Assembly: GCA_035310145.1 (NCBI GenBank)
Contig: DATGEL010000030.1
Span: forward strand, 3,419 to 67,418
DNA from: Dehalococcoidia bacterium
Lineage (GTDB): Bacteria > Chloroflexota > Dehalococcoidia > CAUJGQ01
Reading direction: 5' to 3'
DNA length: 64,000 nt
The position numbers were made by a program, and so were the translations under genes. The notes beneath the pieces were generated by a model, which was given only the letters and a program-made list of their open reading frames with translations, did not search any database and had not been told where the DNA came from. Below, piece by piece: positions 25,286 to 34,423 of this stretch. Numbering within the stretch: position 1 is the first letter of the stretch; every line of letters begins with the position of its first letter.

Positions 25286-26833
25286 CTATCCAGCGCCGCT
25301 GAGATAGGCCTGCGCACGGTCCCACACCTGCGCCCCCACCAGCCGCCCGATCGCCCGGCCCACCAGATCGCCCTGCTCGAAGTGGATGCCCCCGTAGCGC
25401 CGCGACAGCCCTGCCTGATCCGCCGCCGCCGAGAACGTCTCCCAGTCGAGGGTGACGTCTTGTGCCGGCACCAGCCCCGGCTCGAAGCGGGAGTGCCCCG
25501 CCGGCACCGTCACGGACGCGCCAAAGGCATCGCTCCCCATAGAGCGCTGGAGTACCTCGTCGGCCGCGGCGCTGAAGGTGCTGTGACCGGAGATAAACTC
25601 TGGGAACGGCGGGGTCACGACTGTCGCCGCCTGGTAGGGCTGCCATACCCCGCCATCAATCGTCTGCGTCCCCTGACCGGGACCACCCCAGGCGCGCACC
25701 GCCTGCCCGCTATACAGGTAACGAATCGCCGTCACCGGCCGGACAGAGTCATAGGCGCGCTTGGCGTCCCAGGCGGCGATGCCGGCGTCGAACACGGCGT
25801 TGGCGAGGGCGAAGAACAGCTGCACGTCCGCATCGAGGTCGTGCCCAACGCGGCGCGAGACGAACTGGCCGAACAGGCACCAGTGGCCGGGCGGCAACTC
25901 AGATGAGGGACCATCCGCCCAGTACTCGGCGATGACCTTCTGCTCGTCGGTCAGGTTGGCGCTGTACGCCAGCATCTGGTCCACCTGGTCCCGGTAGCGC
26001 GCCGTGCCGTAGGTCGCTGGACCCTCCACGGGGCGGAACTGCGCCCCACTCGTCAGGGCGAAGGGTGTCACCAACCCCCACTGCGGGCCGATGTACTGCT
26101 GCACGCTGAACCCGCCCTGCCCATCGGGCACGCGCAGCGGCTGCCAGCGGTTCGGGTCGCTGACGATATCTGGGGTGTTGACCGGCATGTAGCCGGTGTA
26201 GTCGGCGTAGCCGCCGGCACGGAGGCTGCCGGTCTGGTTGGCGCCATCGCCGTGGCGGAAGTCGAGCACCGCCTGAGCACAGAGCGTGCCGAGGCCGCTG
26301 GGGCGCTCGATCGAGGGGACCACCGCCGCCGGATCGTAACCCAGGTTTGTCAGCAGATCGTCGAAGCGTGACGCTTCAGACGGGAATAGATCGCTCAGGG
26401 CGTGGCGGGCGGCGTAGCTCAGCGCCTCGGCCTTCTGCGTGAGAGTGCGGTCGGCCGCCGGGCGGCGCATCTCGGCACCGAAGCGCGTACCGACCGCGAC
26501 GGGGTCGTAGAGGGCCCAGGCGTCGTAGATGCAAGTGTGGAGGATCGCCAGGGCCCGCGCGACCATCGGCGGGCCGGGCTTCGTGGCACGAATGGCCTGA
26601 AGGGCCGCGTTGTTCCACTGCACTACGATCGTGTCGGCGCTGGCCAGCGGCCGGCGGGGCGTGCGCTCGTGGGACCGGGCCAGCGCGGGATCGTCGGAAC
26701 CCCCACGGAGCACGCCGGCGGTGGCGAGGGCCAGCGCCCCGCTCAGCAGGTGCCGCCGACTGAGCTGTGTGGCGGCCCAGGAGCGACCGTTCGCCCCGTT
26801 CCGCCGGCCCCTGCTGCTCGTCCGCGCGCGCAT
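25286..26833 (-). CDS. PAP2-superfamily vanadium-dependent haloperoxidase-like protein, Tat-exported
   Basis: PAP2 motifs are DAKRAYDSVRP, ISGHSTF and SRRYGGIHFEQGD. The twin-arginine signal is LSRRHLLSGALALATAG. Start at MRART (ATG 26833). Confidence 0.75.
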   Translation of the reverse strand: MRARTSSRGRRNGANGRSWAATQLSRRHLLSGALALATAGVLRGGSDDPALARSHERTPRRPLASADTIVVQWNNAALQAIRATKPGPPMVARALAILHTCIYDAWALYDPVAVGTRFGAEMRRPAADRTLTQKAEALSYAARHALSDLFPSEASRFDDLLTNLGYDPAAVVPSIERPSGLGTLCAQAVLDFRHGDGANQTGSLRAGGYADYTGYMPVNTPDIVSDPNRWQPLRVPDGQGGFSVQQYIGPQWGLVTPFALTSGAQFRPVEGPATYGTARYRDQVDQMLAYSANLTDEQKVIAEYWADGPSSELPPGHWCLFGQFVSRRVGHDLDADVQLFFALANAVFDAGIAAWDAKRAYDSVRPVTAIRYLYSGQAVRAWGGPGQGTQTIDGGVWQPYQAATVVTPPFPEFISGHSTFSAAADEVLQRSMGSDAFGASVTVPAGHSRFEPGLVPAQDVTLDWETFSAAADQAGLSRRYGGIHFEQGDLVGRAIGRLVGAQVWDRAQAYLSGAG

Positions 26834-26969
26834 TGTTTGCCCCTTTGCGTGGTGGCCCCTGTGCCGATGCGGCCAGGCGGGCCACACAGGTGGCCGCGCC
26901 AAGGCCGGCGCCTGCGCTTCTCAGCCCGACCGGAACGCCGTGCCGAGGCGGCTGGCCGAACTCGCTGCC

Positions 26970-27569
26970 TCAGGGAAGATCGAACACCACGAGCGACACC
27001 GGCGCCCCCTTGCTGCCGTCTGCGACTGCGCCACCCATCGGCGCACCCAGGGCCGGCTCCTGCGGGGTCAGCAGTTGCCGCGCCCGGAAGCGGTTGTCCG
27101 TGGTGTTCACCAGACCATGGCCGAACATCACCAACTGGACCTCGGAGTGCTTGCTGAGCTGCAGGTCGCGGATGGTGCCCGTGAACAGCGTTTGTCCAGA
27201 GGCGTCCGCCACGGCGCCGTCCATGCGACCGAAGACGACGGCCGGATTGTCGCCACCGGCATCGTTGTCACCGCACGGGAGGCTCTTACAGGTGGCCGGA
27301 TTATCCCAGTAGGCGAACCAGATCGTGTAGGCCGAGCCGGGGGTCAAGTTCCCCGCGCTGAGCGACGCCGTGACACCCTGGCTGCCCCAGCAGAGACTGC
27401 CGGTGCCCTGGATGCCAGAACTGTTGACAGCCGCCACGCTGGCTTGCAGACAGGCTGGGTCGCCGGCCGCCTGGGTCTGTGATGGCTGCGCGCGGCTGTG
27501 GCGGACGGAGCCGCCGATCACGGCAAGACCAGCGATGAGACCGAGCAGCACAAGCGAGAGGCGTTTCAC
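26970..27569 (-). CDS. secreted hypothetical protein (signal peptide)
   Basis: GTG 27569 has AAAGGA upstream. The N-terminal signal is MKRLSLVLLGLIAGLAVIGG, and the protein is Cys-containing. It is adjacent to the haloperoxidase-like gene on the same strand. Confidence 0.6.
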   Translation of the reverse strand: MKRLSLVLLGLIAGLAVIGGSVRHSRAQPSQTQAAGDPACLQASVAAVNSSGIQGTGSLCWGSQGVTASLSAGNLTPGSAYTIWFAYWDNPATCKSLPCGDNDAGGDNPAVVFGRMDGAVADASGQTLFTGTIRDLQLSKHSEVQLVMFGHGLVNTTDNRFRARQLLTPQEPALGAPMGGAVADGSKGAPVSLVVFDLP

Positions 27570-27938
27570 GGCGGTGCATCCTTTCGAGTACGTGAGGACA
27601 ATCTGGTGTTGGTGACCGAGGGCAATCAGCGATCCATGCCGCCCCCTCCTTCTGCAGGTCCGGCCCCGGCGATCGAAAGGGCTGCTGGTCCCAGCACATG
27701 CCGCCCATGAGCCCGATGGGCGACGTACACGCCTTCACCGCGACGTTCCGCGGGCGCCGGGAGTCCTGAGCGGCCGGGAGCCTGCGTGGTGCGCCCGGCG
27801 GTCCGGTCGCATCCGTCAGACCCCCGACGTCGCGCAGCGTGGCGGACGACCGTGCCGCATGCACCGGCCAGATCGCCCATCCTGGGTCAGCCCAGCGGAA
27901 AATGGGCGAGATCGCCTATGCCATCAGCGCTACCGAGT

Positions 27939-28352
27939 TCAAGGATGATGCTGCGAATCGACGGTCAAATCGTGCGTCGCCAGTCGCAAGGCGTAGGTGG
28001 CCGCGGTCACTCGCCCGCGTGCCCCGGTTTTGCGGTAGATCTTGGCCAGATGGTGGTCCACCGTGCGCACACTCACGACCAGAGTCGCCGCGATCTCGTG
28101 GTTCGACTTTCCCTCCGCGAGTAGCTGCAGTACCTCCCGTTCGCGCGGGGTTAGCCCGTTTGGCGCGGCCTGGCGCGCGCTGGCAGACCGTTCCGGCACA
28201 CGAGGTTGAGATCTTGCGACGGGGCCGAGCTGAACCGCTGCTCGAATTCCAACCCTCGAGAGCTGCCCATCGACCTGGAGCACCGCGAGCGCCGCGGCGA
28301 CTTCGGCGGCCGCAAGAACGCGTGGGGCGAGTGCGCGGATCGAGCTCCACAT
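27939..28352 (-). CDS. LuxR-family HTH protein (small)
   Basis: LTPREREVLQLLAEGKSNHEIAATLVVSVRTVDHHLAKIYRKTG is the HTH. ATG 28352 has GGAG upstream. An alternative GTG 28484 is coupled to the upstream gene's stop. Confidence 0.55.
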   Translation of the reverse strand: MWSSIRALAPRVLAAAEVAAALAVLQVDGQLSRVGIRAAVQLGPVARSQPRVPERSASARQAAPNGLTPREREVLQLLAEGKSNHEIAATLVVSVRTVDHHLAKIYRKTGARGRVTAATYALRLATHDLTVDSQHHP

Positions 28353-28485
28353 CGCGATGCTCCGCTGTGATGTTGCAGACCCTGCTGATGAGGCGAACCC
28401 TGGCAGGGCGCCCCGGGCGCGTAGCGGACTCGGGTGTCCATGCGAGTACGCTGCTACGCGAGCGCGCTCGACGGAGCGCCGCACG

Positions 28486-28980
28486 TCACTGCGGACGGGT
28501 GCGGAGGTCGATCACCTGGATCTCGGGTAGCCCGAGCATGTCGTGGACGGCGTTCAGCTCAGCGACCGCCTGCAGCAGGTTGCTGGAGGTGTCCGTGTCG
28601 ACCGGCGTGATCGCAGCGGTCAGCGGCCTCAGTCCGAAATGGATGCGGAGGACATCGGCGGCGTCGAGGTCCGCCTGGGCCTGCTGCGCCCGTTCCACCG
28701 AGCCGACCAGGATTAGCTGTGGTGCCTGAGCGGTGGGAACCACCGCGGCTGCCCCGGTCGGAGCCGCACCGCTGCCGCTGGCGGCGGACCTGGGCTCGGC
28801 CTGACGGCTGGACGGCGGTTGCCCGTGTGCCACGGTTGTGGCCCGGCCACTGGTATGCGCGTGCAGGCCAAGTCGCCAGCTCGCCACGCCGGCGACGGTT
28901 CCAATTGCCAATACTAACGCGATCGCGGCCAGCAGCTGTCGCCGCTGGACGGGCTTCCGCGTTCCGCTGTACGTCACCAT
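28486..28980 (-). CDS. membrane-anchored hypothetical protein
   Basis: ATG 28980 has GGAGGAGG upstream. An N-terminal TM helix (LLAAIALVLAIGTVAGV) is present. It is co-directional and immediately upstream of the small LuxR gene. Confidence 0.55.
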   Translation of the reverse strand: MVTYSGTRKPVQRRQLLAAIALVLAIGTVAGVASWRLGLHAHTSGRATTVAHGQPPSSRQAEPRSAASGSGAAPTGAAAVVPTAQAPQLILVGSVERAQQAQADLDAADVLRIHFGLRPLTAAITPVDTDTSSNLLQAVAELNAVHDMLGLPEIQVIDLRTRPQ

Positions 28981-29155
28981 GATCGGCCTCCTCCCGGTGC
29001 GCCACCGAGGCGCACCAGCATCCTCGCGGAGCCGGAGCGAGCCAACATCGCGTGACCCAGGGATCCTGGCGAGCGAGGGACGGAAGAGGTAGGGCAGAGC
29101 CGACTAATAGAGTTCTGTTAGTGGCGCGGGGGCGATGGTGCCGAGCAGAGCCGGC

Positions 29156-32125
29156 TCAAAGCCTGGCGAGGCCGCGGCGGTGGGCGTACGTGGCCGCTTC
29201 GACACGGTTCGCCGTGCCGGTCTTGGCCAGAATGTGGTTCACATGCCGGTCCACGGTGTAGCGGCTGAGCACCAGGGCGGCGGCGATCTCGGGATTGCTG
29301 CGCCCCGCCGCCACCAGCCGCAGCACCTGCACTTCCCGCTCCGAGAGGCCATCTGGGTAGCGTGGCCGCGACGGCCGGCGCTGCTGCAACTGCTCGGCTC
29401 GGGCCAGGTCGGCCAGTACATGCTCGCGCCAGCGGTCGGCGGCGCCGATCCGATCGTAAACGGCGAGCGCGTCGCTGAACGTCGCCAGTGCCTGCCGTGG
29501 CTGCCCGGCGGCCAGCAGAGCACGGCCCCACAGGTGGAGACCCTCCGCCTCCTCCCAGGGCAGCGTGTAGCGCTGAAAGATCTGGTGCGCCTCCGCGAAC
29601 CGCTCCGCGGCAGCAGGGTGGTCGCCGCTCGCGGCCGCGACGACCGCTTCTGCAAGCCGGACTCGACCGGCCAGCCCGCGCCAGTCCTCGCCCGCCGCCA
29701 ACACCGCCTGGCACCGCTCCACGTGCGCCTGCGCTGCCGAAAGGTCGCCTCGCTCCGCCACCAGTAGCGCCAGCTCGATCCGCGCCCGGAGTTCAAAGGG
29801 CAGATGCTGCCCGTCGAGGGCGACCGCAAGACTCTCCTCTGCCAATGCATCGGCCCGCTGATATTCCCCCTGGAGCTGGTAGAGCCGCGCCAGCCAGAGG
29901 GCGAAGTCGATCTGGGCCAGCCGGACGCCCGTTCGTCGCGCACACTCGCGCACCGCCTCCCACGCTGCGGCGGCCTCCTCCCAATGGCCACTGAAGAAGG
30001 CGAGCAGCGGTGAGGCCAGCATCTCCACGGCCTGCTCGAAGGCGGTCGGCCCCTGGTTCGCCAGCCGCCGCCTCGCCTCCGCCAACTCGCCCAGGTGCGC
30101 GTAGGCACCAGGCGTCTGCGCGAGCACCCGGCCCTGCCAGTCATGGCCCCTTCGCGGGTGACTCAGATCGCGCTCATACCAGCGCAAGGCGTCTGTGGGG
30201 TCGCCCAGCCAGACGAGAACGTTCCCCACCCAACTGGCGTTGATGCTCGCCAGCGGGTCACCGCGCCGATCGGCGGCCGCCCACATCTGCTCGCAGGCGT
30301 CCAGACCCTCCCTCAGCCGTCCGCTGGCCAGGAAGTCCAGCCCCTGGAAGTAACTGGCCAGCTCTACAAAGTCCTTACGACCAAGCTCGCCCGCGATCGC
30401 CAGCATTCGCTCCGCAGCGTGCAACCCGGCCCCTGTCTGTACGCCGCTCCAGCTCGCGCCGTGAAGCCCCGCGTACAGATCGAAGCTCGCCACCGTCGCC
30501 GGCGCATCGCCAAGGACGCCCGCGGCCGTCTGCAGATGGTGCATGGCGCGCGACAGATCCTGGGTGGCCGCATTGCCGAAGGTGAGACACCGGCCCAAGC
30601 GGCCGTGTGCGCGGCCGGCGAGAACTGACTCGCCGATCTCCTCGTACAGCCCGATCGCTTGCTCTAGACAGACGATGGCGTCCCTGTAGCGATGGAATCC
30701 GGCGGCGACGAGCAGTTGCCCCAGCCGGAGCAAGAGGTCCGCGCGTCGCTTCGGCGCCGCCCCCTGTGCCGTCAAGCGCTCCAGCGCCGCCTGCCAGGAC
30801 GAGGCGGCCTCTTCATAGGCAAACGCCCCCTGCGCCGCCTCCCCGGCGCGCAGCAGGTAATCGATCGCCGTCTCGCCATCGGCGGCGGCGCCGGCGAGAC
30901 GGTAATGGTCCGCCAGGGCCGCCAGGTGCGGAGCCAGGTTGCCCGCGGCCACCTGCTCAATCGCCTCCGCCGCGCGCAGATGCAGGAGTTGCCGCCGCGG
31001 CAAGCTCAGCTCCTCCAGCAGGGTTTGCCGGATGAGCGCGTGGGCAAAGTCGTAGATACCGGCGTGTTCCTGCAGCAACCCGGCCGCTTCGACCTCCTCC
31101 AGCGGCGCCATCAGCTCGCTCGCCGTCCCGCCACATAGCCTCAGCAGCACCTCGTAGCGCGCACCCTCGGCCAGCACCGCGGCGACCTCGAGCAGCGCAC
31201 CCGCTTCCGCGCTCAACCGCGCCAGGCGACTGCCGATCACTTCACGCAGGCCAATCGGGACGCGCCAACCGGAACCCGCCGTGGCCGCGCTGGAGAGGTC
31301 CACGCCCTCGCCCACAAGCTGACGCACCAACTCGGTCACATAAAAGGGATTGCCCGCGGTGCTGGCATAGACGCGGGCGGCAACCTGCGGTGCGGCCGCT
31401 GCACCACTGAGCTGGCCGATGATGCTGGCCACAGCGGGTTCCGGTAGCGGCGGCAGCCGCAGGCGGGTCACCGGCTGCTGGCGGCTGAGTTCGGCGAGCG
31501 TCATGTGGAGGGGATGATCGCGTGGCACCTCTACCGTGCGATAGGAAAGCACAAGTTGCAGGGGCGCTTCGGCCAGGCGGCGGCCAAGGTGCTGTAGGAG
31601 CACCAGCGACGCTGCGTCGGCCCAGTGCAGATCCTCCAGCACGAGCAACAACCCGCCGGGCGCGCTGTGTGCGGCCGCGAAGAGCAGCTCCGTGACCGCG
31701 TCGAAGAGCCGGGGCCGATCCAGTTCGGGAGACTCGGCCCGCCCGGCGGACGGATCGGGGAGGCGGTCGGCCAGCTCCGGCAGGAGCACTGCGACTCCGG
31801 CCATGCTGCTGCCCGACTGGCTCCAGAGGCGTTCGCTGTCGCCGGCGCGCACGAGACCGCGTAACGCTTCGACGAAAGGGCCATAGGGCAAGCCGGCGTC
31901 GCTGTCGTACGCGTGACCCAGCAGCACGAGCGTGCCCGCGGTGTGCGCGCGCTCGGCCAGTTCGGTCAGTAGGCGGGTCTTGCCGATGCCGGGTTCACCG
32001 AAGACAAAGCCGACCCCGCCGGCAACCTGACGGGCAACGGCGAGGTCGGCCAGGAGCGTGGCCAGTTCCTGCTCGCGCCCCACCAATGAGGGCTGCCGAC
32101 GGCGGAGTGGCACGGTCCCTCCCAC
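29156..32125 (-). CDS. large LuxR-family regulator (N-terminal AAA/NB-ARC-like ATPase, TPR-like middle, C-terminal LuxR HTH)
   Basis: The P-loop is FVFGEPGIGKTRL. The C-terminal HTH is [43 protein letters not shown]. Start is GTG 32125, or GTG 32113 which has an adjacent GGGAGGG. Confidence 0.85.
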   Translation of the reverse strand: MGGTVPLRRRQPSLVGREQELATLLADLAVARQVAGGVGFVFGEPGIGKTRLLTELAERAHTAGTLVLLGHAYDSDAGLPYGPFVEALRGLVRAGDSERLWSQSGSSMAGVAVLLPELADRLPDPSAGRAESPELDRPRLFDAVTELLFAAAHSAPGGLLLVLEDLHWADAASLVLLQHLGRRLAEAPLQLVLSYRTVEVPRDHPLHMTLAELSRQQPVTRLRLPPLPEPAVASIIGQLSGAAAAPQVAARVYASTAGNPFYVTELVRQLVGEGVDLSSAATAGSGWRVPIGLREVIGSRLARLSAEAGALLEVAAVLAEGARYEVLLRLCGGTASELMAPLEEVEAAGLLQEHAGIYDFAHALIRQTLLEELSLPRRQLLHLRAAEAIEQVAAGNLAPHLAALADHYRLAGAAADGETAIDYLLRAGEAAQGAFAYEEAASSWQAALERLTAQGAAPKRRADLLLRLGQLLVAAGFHRYRDAIVCLEQAIGLYEEIGESVLAGRAHGRLGRCLTFGNAATQDLSRAMHHLQTAAGVLGDAPATVASFDLYAGLHGASWSGVQTGAGLHAAERMLAIAGELGRKDFVELASYFQGLDFLASGRLREGLDACEQMWAAADRRGDPLASINASWVGNVLVWLGDPTDALRWYERDLSHPRRGHDWQGRVLAQTPGAYAHLGELAEARRRLANQGPTAFEQAVEMLASPLLAFFSGHWEEAAAAWEAVRECARRTGVRLAQIDFALWLARLYQLQGEYQRADALAEESLAVALDGQHLPFELRARIELALLVAERGDLSAAQAHVERCQAVLAAGEDWRGLAGRVRLAEAVVAAASGDHPAAAERFAEAHQIFQRYTLPWEEAEGLHLWGRALLAAGQPRQALATFSDALAVYDRIGAADRWREHVLADLARAEQLQQRRPSRPRYPDGLSEREVQVLRLVAAGRSNPEIAAALVLSRYTVDRHVNHILAKTGTANRVEAATYAHRRGLARL

Positions 32126-32323
32126 GAATGGGCGGCACGCGAATAGTCCAGGCTACAGTATACGCTCCCCCTCACCGGCATCATGCGCGGGCATGTGCCG
32201 GTTCACGCGCCGCCCCAAAAGTCGGTCCCACCGCATAAAGGTGCGAGGTCTGCTCGGTTGAAACACCCTGTGGCGATACCTAGATCGTGCTCGAAAGGCC
32301 GGCTGGCCGTGCTCGCGCTCTGC

Positions 32324-33511
32324 CTACCCCCGCGGCAAGCCCAGCCCCCGCGTGGCGATCACGTTGCGCTGGATCTCGCTGGTGCCCGCGGCGATCGTGG
32401 CGGAGACGCTGCTCAGGTACATGTGCGCGATGCGGCCGCGCAGCGGCGCCCACTTGCTGCCACGGTCCAGCCCGCCGTACATCCCCAGCATGCGCGTGCC
32501 CAGCCGCGCCACCCGCTGGCTCACCTCCGAGCGGTACATCTTGTTCACCGAGGCCTCGTGGTTCGGCACCTGGCCGCGCTTCTGGATGCTGATCACGCGG
32601 TAGGAGAACAGCCGCGCAATCTCCGCCTCCACCAGCTTCTCCGCCAGCTCCAACCGCAGCCCCGGCGTGAGATACAGCGGCTTGCCCGCGTCGCTCTTCG
32701 CCTCGCGCGCGTATTTGATCAGGTCGTTGACCGTGTGCTTGAGGCCGATGCTGGCGCCGATGTTCGAGCGCTCGAAGTCCAGCAGCGTGGCGCCGACATA
32801 CCAGCCGCGGTTCTCCTCGCCCACCCGGTTCTTCACCGGCACGCGCACGCTGTCGAAGAACTCCTGGTTGAAGACGTGGTCGTTCGCCATCGTCACCAGC
32901 GGCTGCACGGAGAGGCCCGGCGTCTTCATGTCGAGCAGCAGCATGGAGATGCCGCGATGCTTCGGCGCCTCCGGGTCGGTGCGGGCGAGCATGAACATCC
33001 AGTCGGCGCGGTGAGCGCCGCTGGTCCAGATCTTCTGGCCGTTCAGCACGTAGTCATCGCCGTCGCGCACGGCACGGGTTTGCAGACTGGCCAGGTCGGA
33101 GCCGGAGCCGGGCTCCGAGTAGCCCTGGCACCACTGGATCTCGCCGCTGGTGATGCGCGGCAAGTGCTCCTGCTTCTGCTCGTCCGTGCCGTAAAGGATC
33201 AGCGTGGGGCCGATCATCTGCACGCCCATACCGCCCACCTGCGGCGCCCGCGCCTCGGCCATCTCTTCGTTGAAGATGAACTGCTCGCTGACGCTCATGC
33301 CGGCGCCGCCGTACTCTTTGGGCCAGTGCGGCGCGATCCAGCGCTTCTGCCCCAGCGCCGTGCGCCACTGCTTGCGGAAGTCTTCTTCCTGGCGGCTGAG
33401 GTCGTAGCGCTCCATCTCCGGGTTGGCGAAGCGCGACGGCAGGTTCTCGTTGATGAACCCGCGCACCTCACTGCGGAAGGCGGCCTCTGCGGCGGTGTCC
33501 TGGAACTGCAT
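32324..33511 (-). CDS. acyl-CoA dehydrogenase
   Basis: ATG 33511 has GGAGG upstream. It is full-length and about 75% identical to the ACAD at 54924..56108, with long identical blocks. Confidence 0.9.
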   Translation of the reverse strand: MQFQDTAAEAAFRSEVRGFINENLPSRFANPEMERYDLSRQEEDFRKQWRTALGQKRWIAPHWPKEYGGAGMSVSEQFIFNEEMAEARAPQVGGMGVQMIGPTLILYGTDEQKQEHLPRITSGEIQWCQGYSEPGSGSDLASLQTRAVRDGDDYVLNGQKIWTSGAHRADWMFMLARTDPEAPKHRGISMLLLDMKTPGLSVQPLVTMANDHVFNQEFFDSVRVPVKNRVGEENRGWYVGATLLDFERSNIGASIGLKHTVNDLIKYAREAKSDAGKPLYLTPGLRLELAEKLVEAEIARLFSYRVISIQKRGQVPNHEASVNKMYRSEVSQRVARLGTRMLGMYGGLDRGSKWAPLRGRIAHMYLSSVSATIAAGTSEIQRNVIATRGLGLPRG

Positions 33512-33658
33512 CGTCACGCTCCTCCGTTGCCGGCCGCTGAACGGTCCGGATCGTACGCGCGGGCGCCGAATGACGTTCGATCGCCGCGCCACGTCCGATC
33601 ATGGCGCGGCGAGACGAATTTCGCAAGAGGGAAGCGCGCGGCGAAAGCTTCGGAGAGC

Positions 33659-34243
33659 TTAGCCCAGGCCGGCCGCGCTCAGCTTCGCGTCCTGTGCCTG
33701 CGCGATCGCGGCGAGCTGGGCCGGGTCCGGCTGCTGCAGGCCGCCGTCGAGCACCAGCGCGATCACGCGGCCACGCACGAAGATATCGGCCACGAAGTGC
33801 AGCGTCGGGCCGTCCTTCGGGTCCGGCAGGTCAAACGCCACCTGCTGGTCGGCGGCGCCGAGGCCGAGCGGCGCCAGCACCCGGAAGTTCTGCACGTTCA
33901 CGCCGCCGCCCGCCAGCGCCTGCACGAAGGCCGGCCCGCCGAACAGCGGCACGATCACGCCGGCCGGCAGGGCCTGGTCGGTCTCGATCAGGCCGTCGAT
34001 CACGGCGCCGCCGCTCGCGTCCGTGCTCACGAACGTGCGCACGAACATGGCCGAGATGCCGGGCACGCCGCTGGCCGGCGTGGTCTCCTGCGCCTGCGTG
34101 AAGCCCGGCAGCTCGGACGCGCTGAGCGCCACGGCGGCCAGATCGCCGGCCGCGGCGCTCTGCGCCCGCACCGGACCGGCGGCGCTGAGCGCTCCGCCCA
34201 GCACGAGCGCGACGACCAGGGCAGGCAGCAGGCGGCGGAACAT
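33659..34243 (-). CDS. secreted hypothetical protein (signal peptide, ~194 aa)
   Basis: Only the 3' 585 nt of the 812-aa shadow ORF is credible. ATG 34243 has GAGGT upstream. The signal is MFRRLLPALVVALVLGGALSAAGPVRAQS. Confidence 0.6.
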   Translation of the reverse strand: MFRRLLPALVVALVLGGALSAAGPVRAQSAAAGDLAAVALSASELPGFTQAQETTPASGVPGISAMFVRTFVSTDASGGAVIDGLIETDQALPAGVIVPLFGGPAFVQALAGGGVNVQNFRVLAPLGLGAADQQVAFDLPDPKDGPTLHFVADIFVRGRVIALVLDGGLQQPDPAQLAAIAQAQDAKLSAAGLG

Positions 34244-34423
34244 CGCTTCTACCTCGTATGGCTCAGGGCAACGTGCGGCGGCCGCTTCCGACAACGGCCC
34301 CATAGGAAGTGTCGGCAGCCGCCGCGGATCGCCTATAGGTGCGGCGCCGCATTCCTGGCGGCGTGGCGCGATCCCGCTGCCTGGAGCGGCCGCCGCGCTT
34401 GACCGCCGCTCCCGCCCGCTCCC

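Noticed and set aside
27570-27938. 370-bp gap with ORFs 27626..27880 (minus) and 27786..28124 (plus)
   Set aside because: There is no SD or start context and no family signal. The GC3 pattern is not coding-like. It is left as intergenic.
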